Shown: piece by piece, positions 45,140 through 64,000 of the stretch
Position numbering within the stretch: position 1 is the first letter of the stretch
How the letters are laid out: every line of letters begins with the position of its first letter
IMG/VR virus record: IMGVR_UViG_3300042350_004191
Location: 1 to 64,000 of that record
Direction: 5' to 3' (one strand)
Length of the DNA stretch: 64,000 nucleotides
Position numbers and translations under genes: made by a program
Notes under the pieces: model-generated
Database searches by the model: none
What the model was told of the DNA's origin: nothing
Seen by the model: only the letters and a program-made list of their open reading frames with translations

Positions 45140-45967
45140 TCAAGAAATTTTTATATCACCAGTGTAGTTTTCTGGTTCTTTAATTCCTGTAGGACCTTTT
45201 TTCTCTATTAAATCATTTAAAAAATACCACCTTGGGTATAAAGTTCCTTGTCCAACTTGGATAAGTCCTGTTGGTTTTCCTCTGTTATTATCTAGTCTAA
45301 AGGCTTTTCCTAACTTAATATCTGGAGCATTTTCTGTTTTTGTAATTTTGAATTTGTGCAAATAAGTTGAATTATCAGTTTCAAAAATAAACCAAGTTGC
45401 ATACTGTAAGTCTGGATAAATTTCTTCATTGATAATTTGGCTTTGATAATTTATTATATTATCGAAAGATTCATTATTTGGTCTTGGGTCTGTTAATTGT
45501 ACCCAAAATGTTCCAGTCTGTGAAATAATTCTTTTAACATCAATATCATTTTTTTTATTTTCGTCCTGATTTACTATCTGATTTAATTGGTTATTAAACA
45601 AATTTAAAAGAGGATTTTGTTGAATATCTACAATTTCACCTACAAGACCTTCAAGGGTTCCAACTTTTTCCATTATTACTGCTGTAGGGGAAAATATTCT
45701 GGCTGTTGAAGTTTCTTTTGTTGTTGTTGAAGTGCTTTGCGGCGTTTTGCTTTCTTGTAAAGCTTTATTAGCCATATCGCTTGTTACAAATTTCAATTCA
45801 AACTTTTTCTGTTCTAAATTTTTTGGAAGCTGAGTTTTTACATCTTTATTATTTTGAAATTTTTTCATGAAATCTGGAAGTCTTGTTAGATTAAAATTGT
45901 ATGCTCCTTTTGCTGCATCGAAAATATCTCCAAGAGCTTCTTGAATTACTGAATCGAATTTATTCAT
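45140..45967 (-). CDS. Hypothetical late protein (MNKFDSVIQE N-terminus)
   Basis: TAAATA upstream. Confidence 0.65.
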   Translation of the reverse strand: MNKFDSVIQEALGDIFDAAKGAYNFNLTRLPDFMKKFQNNKDVKTQLPKNLEQKKFELKFVTSDMANKALQESKTPQSTSTTTKETSTARIFSPTAVIMEKVGTLEGLVGEIVDIQQNPLLNLFNNQLNQIVNQDENKKNDIDVKRIISQTGTFWVQLTDPRPNNESFDNIINYQSQIINEEIYPDLQYATWFIFETDNSTYLHKFKITKTENAPDIKLGKAFRLDNNRGKPTGLIQVGQGTLYPRWYFLNDLIEKKGPTGIKEPENYTGDIKIS

Positions 45968-46004
45968 ATAGTATATTTAGTATCTTAAGGATAATTATTA
46001 GAGA

Positions 46005-46325
46005 ATGGTTGATACACAACAATACATTGCCCAAGAATATCTTTATAATAATAGAATTTATAAAGGAAGATTTCCTATAGCCTTGGTAAACAAAAATTGT
46101 CCTTATGGTGGATATATTTCACCTGAACAATTTGAAAGAAACTTTACACCAAATACAACATTAAGAGAAGAATTAAACGAAGACGAAATTGGTTTTATTA
46201 GACTAGAAACCGAAGTAACCGGAAAAGATTCTTCTGGAGGAACAGTTATCAAAGATTACATTACTACTGAAAATTCACCTAATAAAAATCTTAGTAATAA
46301 AAACTTTACTTTAAGTTTAGCTTAA
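46005..46325 (+). CDS. Hypothetical virion-associated protein
   Basis: First gene of the plus-strand structural block. Confidence 0.55.
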   Translation: MVDTQQYIAQEYLYNNRIYKGRFPIALVNKNCPYGGYISPEQFERNFTPNTTLREELNEDEIGFIRLETEVTGKDSSGGTVIKDYITTENSPNKNLSNKNFTLSLA

Positions 46326-46342
46326 ATAATAAATAATAACAT

Positions 46343-47314
46343 ATGAGTCAAGGATTAAAAATTTCAGAATTACCAGATCTTCCAAAAAATGATATAGATG
46401 TTGGTGATTATTTTATCATAGCCGAAAAAACTGGACAAAATACTTGGGCTACAAGAAAAGTTGATGCAAAATTTATTTTAAAATTAAAAACAGAAGCTGT
46501 AAATGCTGGTTTAGATGAAAATGAAGCTGAAATTTTAGCATCCACAACAACAAATAACCAAACACAAGCATCGGTTTTAAATTTAAGAAGACTGAAAGCT
46601 GGAAGTGATATTTCTTTGGTCCAAAGTGCAGATAATATTACTATAAATGCACTCGTAAATGCCCGAAATGCAGAATCTAATATAGCTAACAGAGCAGGAC
46701 TTTTCATAGGAAAAAATACAAATGACGATTTAAGATTTAAAAATATTTCAGGTACTAAAGGTATTGAAACCGTACATGATAATCCTACAAGGGTTATTAT
46801 ACAACCTATGGCTCATCATTACTTTTTTGTTCCTGCTAGACCGAACAATCCAGACATAAACCCGAATATTTTAAATGTATGGTCTAAACAAAGATCTCAG
46901 CCCGGTGCTTTGTGGCCCGGAAGAACTTTGACGGGTGCATGGACTACACCAACACAGACTTTAAATTTAACAGATCAAATCAATGCATTGCCACAAAATG
47001 TTAGAGACTCCTTAAATGCATCTGAAAAAGGATTAGCTTTTATAAGAATAAGGTTAAACACAAACTCTGCTGGAAATGTCCCACATTATGTACAGGTAAA
47101 ATCATCTGGTGCAAATGATTGGGTAACTAAAATTGATATAGATCCATCGGGTGGATCTGGTGCAGCATGGGAAGGTGAAGATACGACTACAACTATTGTA
47201 CAGTTTAATAAAACAAACAGAAGTTTTGACTGGAGAGTTGGTGTTGGTAATGTAGCAAGAGGACCAACATGGGAGTTTTCTGTTGGAATGTGGTTAGAAG
47301 GTTTCTTTATTTAA
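46343..47314 (+). CDS. Probable fibre/structural protein
   Basis: KISELP N-terminus; LRRLKAG and LRFKNISG shaft-like repeats. Confidence 0.65.
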   Translation: MSQGLKISELPDLPKNDIDVGDYFIIAEKTGQNTWATRKVDAKFILKLKTEAVNAGLDENEAEILASTTTNNQTQASVLNLRRLKAGSDISLVQSADNITINALVNARNAESNIANRAGLFIGKNTNDDLRFKNISGTKGIETVHDNPTRVIIQPMAHHYFFVPARPNNPDINPNILNVWSKQRSQPGALWPGRTLTGAWTTPTQTLNLTDQINALPQNVRDSLNASEKGLAFIRIRLNTNSAGNVPHYVQVKSSGANDWVTKIDIDPSGGSGAAWEGEDTTTTIVQFNKTNRSFDWRVGVGNVARGPTWEFSVGMWLEGFFI

Positions 47315-47323
47315 TTTTTCAAA

Positions 47324-50300
47324 ATGTCTGATGAATTTAAACCATTATCATACAATGATTGGTTAGCAAAAAATGGCTTATCTGCCACAGAAGATTTTGC
47401 TGGCTATTCAAAATATTTGGTAAATTGGTATAAAAAACAACAAAATCCAAATGTAAATTTAAGAGCAGACTACATACAACTATTAAGAGATTTAAATTTT
47501 GTATTTGGTGATGAAAAACGTGATCGTTTTTTAAGTAATATAAATTTTGGTAATAGAGAAGAATTAATAAATTCTTTACCATACTTTGTTACCAAAATCA
47601 AAGAGCTTGTCAAAGATTTTAACGAAAAAAGACAATCAGTTAAAAAATCAAAATTAAAATACAATTTAAATTCGTCCAATAAAGGAATCGAAACATTATT
47701 ATATGAATATGTTTTAAGATGCTTTACTAGTAAAGACAGAATTGCACCTGTACCTTATAAACAATTATCTGGACTGTTACCCGACCTTAATAATTCAAAC
47801 AAGTCTTTTTTTATAGAGGTTGAAGAATTATACGATAATTCAAATTATTCTGATGTCTGGCCCGGTAATCCAGCACGAAACGTATCTCCTAAAACTTTAT
47901 CAAATCAATTTCCTTATCAAGGAAATTTAAATGAAAACCAGATTTTAGGAATGCTGACATCTTCTTTAAAAGAAAGAGCAGCTTCCACTCCTTTATCTAA
48001 AATATTTTTTGATTTTTTAGATACTAATAATCCAGCTTTAGACGAGTCTGAAATGGATTTAAATGGATATTTAAATGCAATTAATACTATTGTAGCAAAT
48101 GAAAAATACATGGGTAATGATTTATATGCATTGACTGCTATTAAAAATTTTAATGCATTTTCTTCAGATTATACGGCAAATTTAAATTTAGAAGTTGGAA
48201 ACAATTGGTTTTATTGGCCTAGTGGTGCAAAAATTTATAAATCAGATCCTATAGATAACATATATTTTCCAATTAATATAAACAGTAGTGATCTTGTAAA
48301 AAATGGAGCTACTGGTACTGGAGATTTTAGAACTTCTGATATTATCCTCACAGATAAAAAAGGTTATATAGAAGGTGCTTGGTTGCTAGGTCCAAGAATG
48401 GAATTTAGTAAACATAGAATCACTGTGAACATTGATTCAGGAGAAAAAAGACAATTTTTATGGCCGTATGTTGGTTTTAATTTAACCAAAAACACTAATC
48501 AATGGAGAGGCTTTTCTTTAAATGATGATTCTAATAAATATTTTTATTTCTTATCAGATAAAGAAAAAAATTTGATATTAGAGAAATATTATACATTAAG
48601 ACTCCCAGTACTTTCTAGTCAGCCAGTTTATTTAAATTCTACTAATTTTTATAAAAGTGGGGCATTGCCAGCACAAAATGCATTAGATGCAGATGTGATT
48701 ATTAAACAAAAACACACTTACGATTTTCAACCCATCTATTCTTCTAAAACAGAAGCAGCATATTTATATAGATTTCATGAAACCGAAATACCCATAAAGG
48801 CAGGGGTAACAAATGTATTATGGCCTTTAACAAAAATTGATGATGAAAATCAAAATATTCCTATCACAGTAACTGATGATTTTTGTGACCCTATTGAATT
48901 AAAAATGGTAAATGTTCAAGAAGGCTTTAGGGGAGCAGTTGCTGGAACCAATGCTGATGAAGCTGACATAATTTACAAGATAGATAAAAGAACCGGAAAC
49001 CCTATAGAGGCAGCATGGTTAGCAAATAGTGATGTATCAACATTAAACACAAGCACTGCAAATGATATAAAAGTATATAATACTAAAGCAAGTAGTGAAT
49101 GTTGCGAAACTTTATTGGTAGGTTCAAATCAAGATGGTATTTTTACTCATATAAAATCTGGACAAAGGATTTCTTTTGTTTGGGGAGATAAAGACACATT
49201 TGCAGATGAGGTTTTTAACTACTCTTCACACAAAGAAAATTGTCCATATGAAAAATTAAAGACCAATTACTATTCAGACCAAGATTACAACAATCCAAGA
49301 CCAATAGCTGAAAAAACTGAACCTTGGAAAGATTGTACTTGTAAAGCTACTCTCTATTCACCAATAGGACATAAAGGAAATTCTTTTGATCAATATGATG
49401 GCATTACAGATTTATTATATGCTGATCCACAAGGCACTGGTGAAGACTTTGATTTAAATACTTGGAAAGACACAAGATGTTTGGGTTATAAGTCTAGTCC
49501 ACAATTTTCATTTTTTAAATTAGATAACAATGCACCAGACGTAATTGGTTTTTGGAATGGTCAGTGGAGGACATCAAATGGTGGTAGAATGGTTTTAAAA
49601 ACCGGAAGAAGATATACGTATTATAGAACACATTTTAAACGTTTAGGAAATGATGGTCCTATGATAGTTTTGGATTATCAATATAAAGACCCTATAGGTT
49701 TTTGTTTAAACTCAACTCCAGTAGACATGATTTTATGTGTAGACTTGAGTAATTCTCAAAAATATAATCTTGATATAACAAGGGATATTGTTCAAAAAAT
49801 TGTAGAAGGCCAACCTGATAATGTTCATATAGGAATAGTTGCTTTTGATTCTAGGCAATTTCGTTGTTCATATCTTTCAAGATATCCTGATTTGGGTAAC
49901 TTTTTGGATCAATTGTTTGCTTTTGATGACAGTAATTTTTATGCATATAGAACGAATATTGTTGATGCATTACGTTTAGCTGAATTTTTATTAACAACTA
50001 CAATAACGGAAAATAATAAAAGATCAATAATAACTTGGAATAAGATTTGCAGAGATGTAAATGCAACAATTGTCGATGCTCAAAGAAAAGCTATTTTCAA
50101 TCAACCAAGATTAAATGAAGTAGATAAAAAAATTATATTAATAAGTGATGGAGATGAGACATCAGAAGTTGCCAAGGGATATGGTAAAACACAAGCTGAA
50201 GCTAACAGAGTTTCAGAAGGAAAACTTGCTTTGATTCCGTATGTCAATTCTCTTAAAGCTAAAAAATATCCTTTAATTAATTCACCACAACAAACTGTAG

Positions 50301-52027
50301 GATTTACCTTTCAATGTATTGATATCGGACCTTTGAGTATGATAAACAATACCATGGAAAGAATAGCATCCAATACAAATTTATATTTTAATTTACAAAA
50401 ATATTTAATAACAAACGATACTACGGATGTAACAAGAATTATTAAAAATATAATTTATAACACAGTTAATTGTTATGATGTATATTCTAGGTGGAAAAAA
50501 TTAATAAGAAGCAATACAGACGGATCTTGGGTCGAATCTAACGAAGAAACAGACATGGTTTTAAGACCCGGTGATAACTTAGTTTATCTACATAGAGAAA
50601 CTATAAACTACATTTCTCCTCTAAGAGAATATGCAAACTTTTCAATTCCTTCAAAAAGTTTTAATATAAAGATTCCTTTAAGAGGTTGGGATTATGCGAA
50701 AAATAGATATGTAAATGATCCTGTAGTTACCTATAGAGGAGGAAAACCATTTTGGGGAAAAGTTTATGTAGATGTAGACAATACTAATAATTTTCAGAAA
50801 GAATTTATGTATATGGGTGGTCATGTAAGATGGTTTGATGAATACCTTCCTATTACACAACCCGAAGTTTCTACTATGATTTTGAATTATGGTGATTTTG
50901 TCGAATATATCAGAAAAACACCAGAGAGATTGAAGTTGAGTGATGTTTTTGATTTTGTAGAATATAAAACAAACTATCAATGGAACAAATTAGAATTTTC
51001 AAAACAATTTTCTAATTTAGAAAGATTTTTCAAAAGTGATAGATTAGAATATGTTGCAACACCGACTTCTGTAAAAAGTGATATGGTGATTGAAGGTTTT
51101 TATGAATTTAAACCTGCTAGATACAACTATTATGCTAGAAAACGATTTACATTCGAACAAGATTTACAATTAATATATAAATGTCGCCCAACGTATGTTG
51201 ATATTTTAACAGGTAAAGTTTTAGAAGCACAATACCCATATGCAAACTTGGATAACATTAATTTTCCAACAACACCATTAATACCATATACTAATAATTT
51301 TATTACTAAAAAGAGTGTTGGTGGTTATTTATTACCTAATAATTTAGGTGTTCCATATTTTTCTCCTTATGGATATAACTTTGAAATAGATGAAGAAAAG
51401 ATAGCACTATTTGAAAGTCAAAAAAGAGAAATGATCTTTTTAGATCCAGAAAAATATGGACCAATAAATAGAAATCTTACAAATATAGATAATCTTGCAC
51501 CTACAAAGGTAGAATCGATAGATAATAGATGGATGATGATACCGTATGGTTCTGGAGAAACTGCTGGTGTTATAACAAATACAAAAAATTTCCAAAAATT
51601 TACAGCATATCAAAGTGAATACGAAATCTTAGGTGTTAATAATTATGGAGTTAGTAGACCCACTGATAATTTCCAATTTTATAATCAAAACAGACAATGG
51701 ATAGGGGGAGGAACTACAGAAAGAGGGGAAGTTACAGAAAAAATGTATTTAGACCGAAGAGCAAAATTTTTGGCTAATTTGGGTATAATGACAAAATGGA
51801 GAATGGATTTGTTTGGAAATAACTATGCATTATATAAATCTAAATCTGATGCAAATCTTCTTGAAACTGATAATTCAGATGTCAATTATAATGATATTGA
51901 TGCTTCTAGAGAGAAACTTTCAACAGACGATTGGCCTAGAACACAACTCTTCCCAGAAAATTATGAAAATATTGCTTATAACTCTAAAGCAATCGATTAT
52001 CTTGACTTTATCGTTGAAGAGGAATAA
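47324..52027 (+). CDS. Large virion-associated protein with internal vWA domain
   Basis: DMILCVDLSNS (DxSxS MIDAS), IVAFD, TNIVDAL and ILISDG motifs. Confidence 0.75.
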   Translation: MSDEFKPLSYNDWLAKNGLSATEDFAGYSKYLVNWYKKQQNPNVNLRADYIQLLRDLNFVFGDEKRDRFLSNINFGNREELINSLPYFVTKIKELVKDFNEKRQSVKKSKLKYNLNSSNKGIETLLYEYVLRCFTSKDRIAPVPYKQLSGLLPDLNNSNKSFFIEVEELYDNSNYSDVWPGNPARNVSPKTLSNQFPYQGNLNENQILGMLTSSLKERAASTPLSKIFFDFLDTNNPALDESEMDLNGYLNAINTIVANEKYMGNDLYALTAIKNFNAFSSDYTANLNLEVGNNWFYWPSGAKIYKSDPIDNIYFPININSSDLVKNGATGTGDFRTSDIILTDKKGYIEGAWLLGPRMEFSKHRITVNIDSGEKRQFLWPYVGFNLTKNTNQWRGFSLNDDSNKYFYFLSDKEKNLILEKYYTLRLPVLSSQPVYLNSTNFYKSGALPAQNALDADVIIKQKHTYDFQPIYSSKTEAAYLYRFHETEIPIKAGVTNVLWPLTKIDDENQNIPITVTDDFCDPIELKMVNVQEGFRGAVAGTNADEADIIYKIDKRTGNPIEAAWLANSDVSTLNTSTANDIKVYNTKASSECCETLLVGSNQDGIFTHIKSGQRISFVWGDKDTFADEVFNYSSHKENCPYEKLKTNYYSDQDYNNPRPIAEKTEPWKDCTCKATLYSPIGHKGNSFDQYDGITDLLYADPQGTGEDFDLNTWKDTRCLGYKSSPQFSFFKLDNNAPDVIGFWNGQWRTSNGGRMVLKTGRRYTYYRTHFKRLGNDGPMIVLDYQYKDPIGFCLNSTPVDMILCVDLSNSQKYNLDITRDIVQKIVEGQPDNVHIGIVAFDSRQFRCSYLSRYPDLGNFLDQLFAFDDSNFYAYRTNIVDALRLAEFLLTTTITENNKRSIITWNKICRDVNATIVDAQRKAIFNQPRLNEVDKKIILISDGDETSEVAKGYGKTQAEANRVSEGKLALIPYVNSLKAKKYPLINSPQQTVGFTFQCIDIGPLSMINNTMERIASNTNLYFNLQKYLITNDTTDVTRIIKNIIYNTVNCYDVYSRWKKLIRSNTDGSWVESNEETDMVLRPGDNLVYLHRETINYISPLREYANFSIPSKSFNIKIPLRGWDYAKNRYVNDPVVTYRGGKPFWGKVYVDVDNTNNFQKEFMYMGGHVRWFDEYLPITQPEVSTMILNYGDFVEYIRKTPERLKLSDVFDFVEYKTNYQWNKLEFSKQFSNLERFFKSDRLEYVATPTSVKSDMVIEGFYEFKPARYNYYARKRFTFEQDLQLIYKCRPTYVDILTGKVLEAQYPYANLDNINFPTTPLIPYTNNFITKKSVGGYLLPNNLGVPYFSPYGYNFEIDEEKIALFESQKREMIFLDPEKYGPINRNLTNIDNLAPTKVESIDNRWMMIPYGSGETAGVITNTKNFQKFTAYQSEYEILGVNNYGVSRPTDNFQFYNQNRQWIGGGTTERGEVTEKMYLDRRAKFLANLGIMTKWRMDLFGNNYALYKSKSDANLLETDNSDVNYNDIDASREKLSTDDWPRTQLFPENYENIAYNSKAIDYLDFIVEEE

Positions 52028-52047
52028 TTATTATTCAACAAATTAAA

Positions 52048-53973
52048 ATGGCTGACATAACACCACAGGCAAATATACAAAAGGACAATGGAAGAAGTTT
52101 CATGAGTTCATTAGTTTCAAAGCTTCCTTTTATGCAGGATGTCGTTGAAACAGAAACAAACAATCCAAAATACGAATTGTTTGATCGTTTATCTAAACGA
52201 TATGAAATGAAAGTAATGAAACAGTCTGTTTTGGTTGGTCCGTATTTAAACCAAAACAGTTTAGATGCTGCAAACCCCGCAAACGTTTTTGGTTCAGACA
52301 AAGGTTATCATCAATACATTTATGCAAATATAGATGTCGATAAACAAAGAAGATTGTCTGAATATAGGAGAATGGCTGCTTTTGCAGAAGTCTCTGATTG
52401 TTTGGACGAAATTTGTGATGAATTTATTAACAAAGACGAAAGAGGTAATGTAATAAAGTTATTACATACAAACACAACTAAGTTAAGCGAAGAAGTTAAG
52501 TCAGAATTAGAAAAAGAATTTTATAAATTTGTCCAGTGTTTTGATTTAGAAGGTAAGGGTTGGGGTTATTGTCGCAGACTTTTAACGGAAGGTGAGCTAT
52601 TCTTTGAAAATATAATTCATGAAGAAAAAAGAGACAAAGGAATAATTGGAGCATTGAGTATACCCGGTGAACTTATCAATCCTATCTATGATAATGTTCA
52701 AAATAATGTAATTCAAAATTTCCTATTTCAAAAACCAATTAATTTTGTAAATCAAGCTGATCCTCGAAATCCTAATTTTACACCTAATGCAAACAATCTT
52801 CCTACAAACATAGGAAGTGCAAATGCATTACAACATCAAATGATTACTTTGGAAGGAAACCAAGTAACTTATATAGATTCAGGTATTTGGAATGATAATG
52901 TAACAATTAAAATACCTTTTATAGAAAATTGTCGTAGAGCCTACAAACTTCTGTCTTTACTTGAAGATGCGATCATCATTTATAGAATGGTCCGAGCACC
53001 GGAAAGATTAAAATTTGTAATTGACGTTGGTAACATGCCTCCAGCAAAAGCTGAAGCATATGTTAAAGGTCTGATGCAAAAATATTGGACAAAGAAAACA
53101 TATGATAGTCAATCTGCTAATAGTGCATCAGGTGGAGGTTCTGCTGGAAATGTATATGATCCACAATCAATGTTGGATTCTTATTGGTTTGCAAAAAGGG
53201 CTGGTGAACAGGGATCAGACGTTCAGGTTCTTCAGGGTGGACAAAATCTTGGTCAATTAGATGATTTAAACTATTTTGTTTTAAAATTATATAAAAGTCT
53301 CAAAGTTCCAACTAGCAGATTAAATCCAAATGAGACTTTTAAAGATGGTGCTGAAATTCTTAAAGAAGAATTAAGATTTGCTAAGTTTATTGTTAGATTA
53401 CAAAATCAATTTAGTACAGGATTAAAAGAATCTTTTGTAACGCATTTAAAATTAACAGGTCTTTGGAAAGAACACAAACTTCAAGAATCTTATTTCAATT
53501 TTGAAATGGTTCCTCCATCTAATTTCTTTGCAATTAGACAACAACAATTACTGGAATTAAAACTTAAAAACTTTGAAACCATGTCTGGTAATGAAGGTAT
53601 TTCAAATACATATGCACAAAGATATTATCTTGAAATGTCTGATGCAGCTATTAGTGAGAATATGGAATGGAAGAGAAAAGATGCAGCATTGGCTTGGGAA
53701 TTAGCACAGATAGAGGCTGCTGGACCCAATTGGAAAGAACAAGTGGAAGCTACTGAAAAAGCAGCAACCGAAGCTGGTGTAGCTGGTGGCGGCGGTGGTG
53801 GCGGTGGTGGAGAATCAGCTTTACCGGAATTTGGTGGTGGACCATCTACTGGTGAAGGAGAAGGTGCAGAAACGGGTGAAGCTGGTGGTGGAGCAAATAT
53901 AGCTGGTGGCGCAACTCCCGCACCTACAACAAATGTTCCTGAAGCAGAAGAAACAGAAAATATTCAAGCATAG
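52048..53973 (+). CDS. gp20: T4 gp20-like portal protein
   Basis: LEDAIIIYRMVRAPER..F.IDVGNMP..KAEAY, LDSYW, GGQNLG.LDD..YF..KLYKSLKVP.SRL and ELRFAKFI.RLQ motifs. Confidence 0.95.
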   Translation: MADITPQANIQKDNGRSFMSSLVSKLPFMQDVVETETNNPKYELFDRLSKRYEMKVMKQSVLVGPYLNQNSLDAANPANVFGSDKGYHQYIYANIDVDKQRRLSEYRRMAAFAEVSDCLDEICDEFINKDERGNVIKLLHTNTTKLSEEVKSELEKEFYKFVQCFDLEGKGWGYCRRLLTEGELFFENIIHEEKRDKGIIGALSIPGELINPIYDNVQNNVIQNFLFQKPINFVNQADPRNPNFTPNANNLPTNIGSANALQHQMITLEGNQVTYIDSGIWNDNVTIKIPFIENCRRAYKLLSLLEDAIIIYRMVRAPERLKFVIDVGNMPPAKAEAYVKGLMQKYWTKKTYDSQSANSASGGGSAGNVYDPQSMLDSYWFAKRAGEQGSDVQVLQGGQNLGQLDDLNYFVLKLYKSLKVPTSRLNPNETFKDGAEILKEELRFAKFIVRLQNQFSTGLKESFVTHLKLTGLWKEHKLQESYFNFEMVPPSNFFAIRQQQLLELKLKNFETMSGNEGISNTYAQRYYLEMSDAAISENMEWKRKDAALAWELAQIEAAGPNWKEQVEATEKAATEAGVAGGGGGGGGGESALPEFGGGPSTGEGEGAETGEAGGGANIAGGATPAPTTNVPEAEETENIQA

Positions 53974-54037
53974 CCAATTAATTCATTGGTTATAATTAAA
54001 GTGTAAATCTGATTTAAAATACATAAGTATATGTTAT

Positions 54038-63589
<9,552 letters not shown>

Positions 63590-63601
63590 GTAATTAGATA
63601 T

Positions 63602-64000
63602 ATGGCTGATTTAAGAATATCGCAATTGAATCAAGTGGTAACACCCACTTTAAATGATATATTTCCTGTTGTAAATTCTGCGGAAACCAAAAGAATAACT
63701 TTTGGTAATATTAATAATTCATTGCCAACTACCACCTTTGTCAGGGCCAATTCTGGTATATGGAACAAAACTTTAGATTCAGCAAGAATGGAAATAAACG
63801 GAAATGTAGGTATAGGAAATACGCTTAATAATGTTGAATATATTGTTAATTGGAACAGTTTAACTTATCAAACTAATAGTGGTGTAATCGAAGCCGACAT
63901 AACAAATGATAATATGATCATAAAAGAAACTGGTAACTATTTGGTAAGTGCCAGATATTCCAGCTATGACCTAACAGATGATACCGACAGCTTAAGAATA
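63602..64000 (+). CDS. Fibre/structural protein, partial (runs off the window)
   Basis: MADLRISQLNQVVTPTLNDIFPVV..TKRIT; TAAGTA upstream. Confidence 0.7.
   Translation, partial: MADLRISQLNQVVTPTLNDIFPVVNSAETKRITFGNINNSLPTTTFVRANSGIWNKTLDSARMEINGNVGIGNTLNNVEYIVNWNSLTYQTNSGVIEADITNDNMIIKETGNYLVSARYSSYDLTDDTDSLRI

Overview
This window is a segment of a large T4-like (gp20-type portal, rIIA/rIIB) lytic tailed-phage genome in the standard genetic code. It has three zones. (1) 1-14.6 kb is AT-rich and accessory/late: a tmRNA with an unusually long 35-aa tag, tRNAs Pro/Gly/Glu, ribosomal protein bS21, a DenV-like glycosylase, NUDIX, a metallophosphoesterase and a GP88-like protein. (2) From an abrupt G-tract/hairpin boundary at ~14.6 kb to ~33.9 kb the DNA is markedly GC-richer and entirely minus-strand. 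It is built from promoter-gene(s)-terminator cassettes, and the promoters carry a TTACAAGTAATC box between -35 and -10. The spacers hold ~27 copies of a TTGTAAGACAAT box, 7 of them exactly 10 nt upstream of a TTGAC hexamer. The zone ends in a tRNA cluster (Ile-UAU with a long variable arm, Ile2-CAU, Arg-UCU, Leu-UAA) and a phased iteron array next to an AT-rich tract (candidate origin). (3) 34-64 kb holds RadA-like, YopX, tandem deaminase and metalloprotease genes, then a plus-strand virion block (vWA giant protein, portal, three collagen-like fibre genes). Main leads: (a) at least nine unrelated late proteins share a ~13-20 aa N-terminal peptide, M[KR]x[KRN]DxxxLx[EGNQ][AL]Y..L[K]E, that looks like a portable capsid-targeting, protease-cleaved tag; (b) the box/promoter cassette system, with a ribbon-helix-helix gene at its end; (c) fibre genes whose repeat unit spans gene boundaries, suggesting plug-and-socket chaining. 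All family assignments come from motif recognition by eye; no database search was run.
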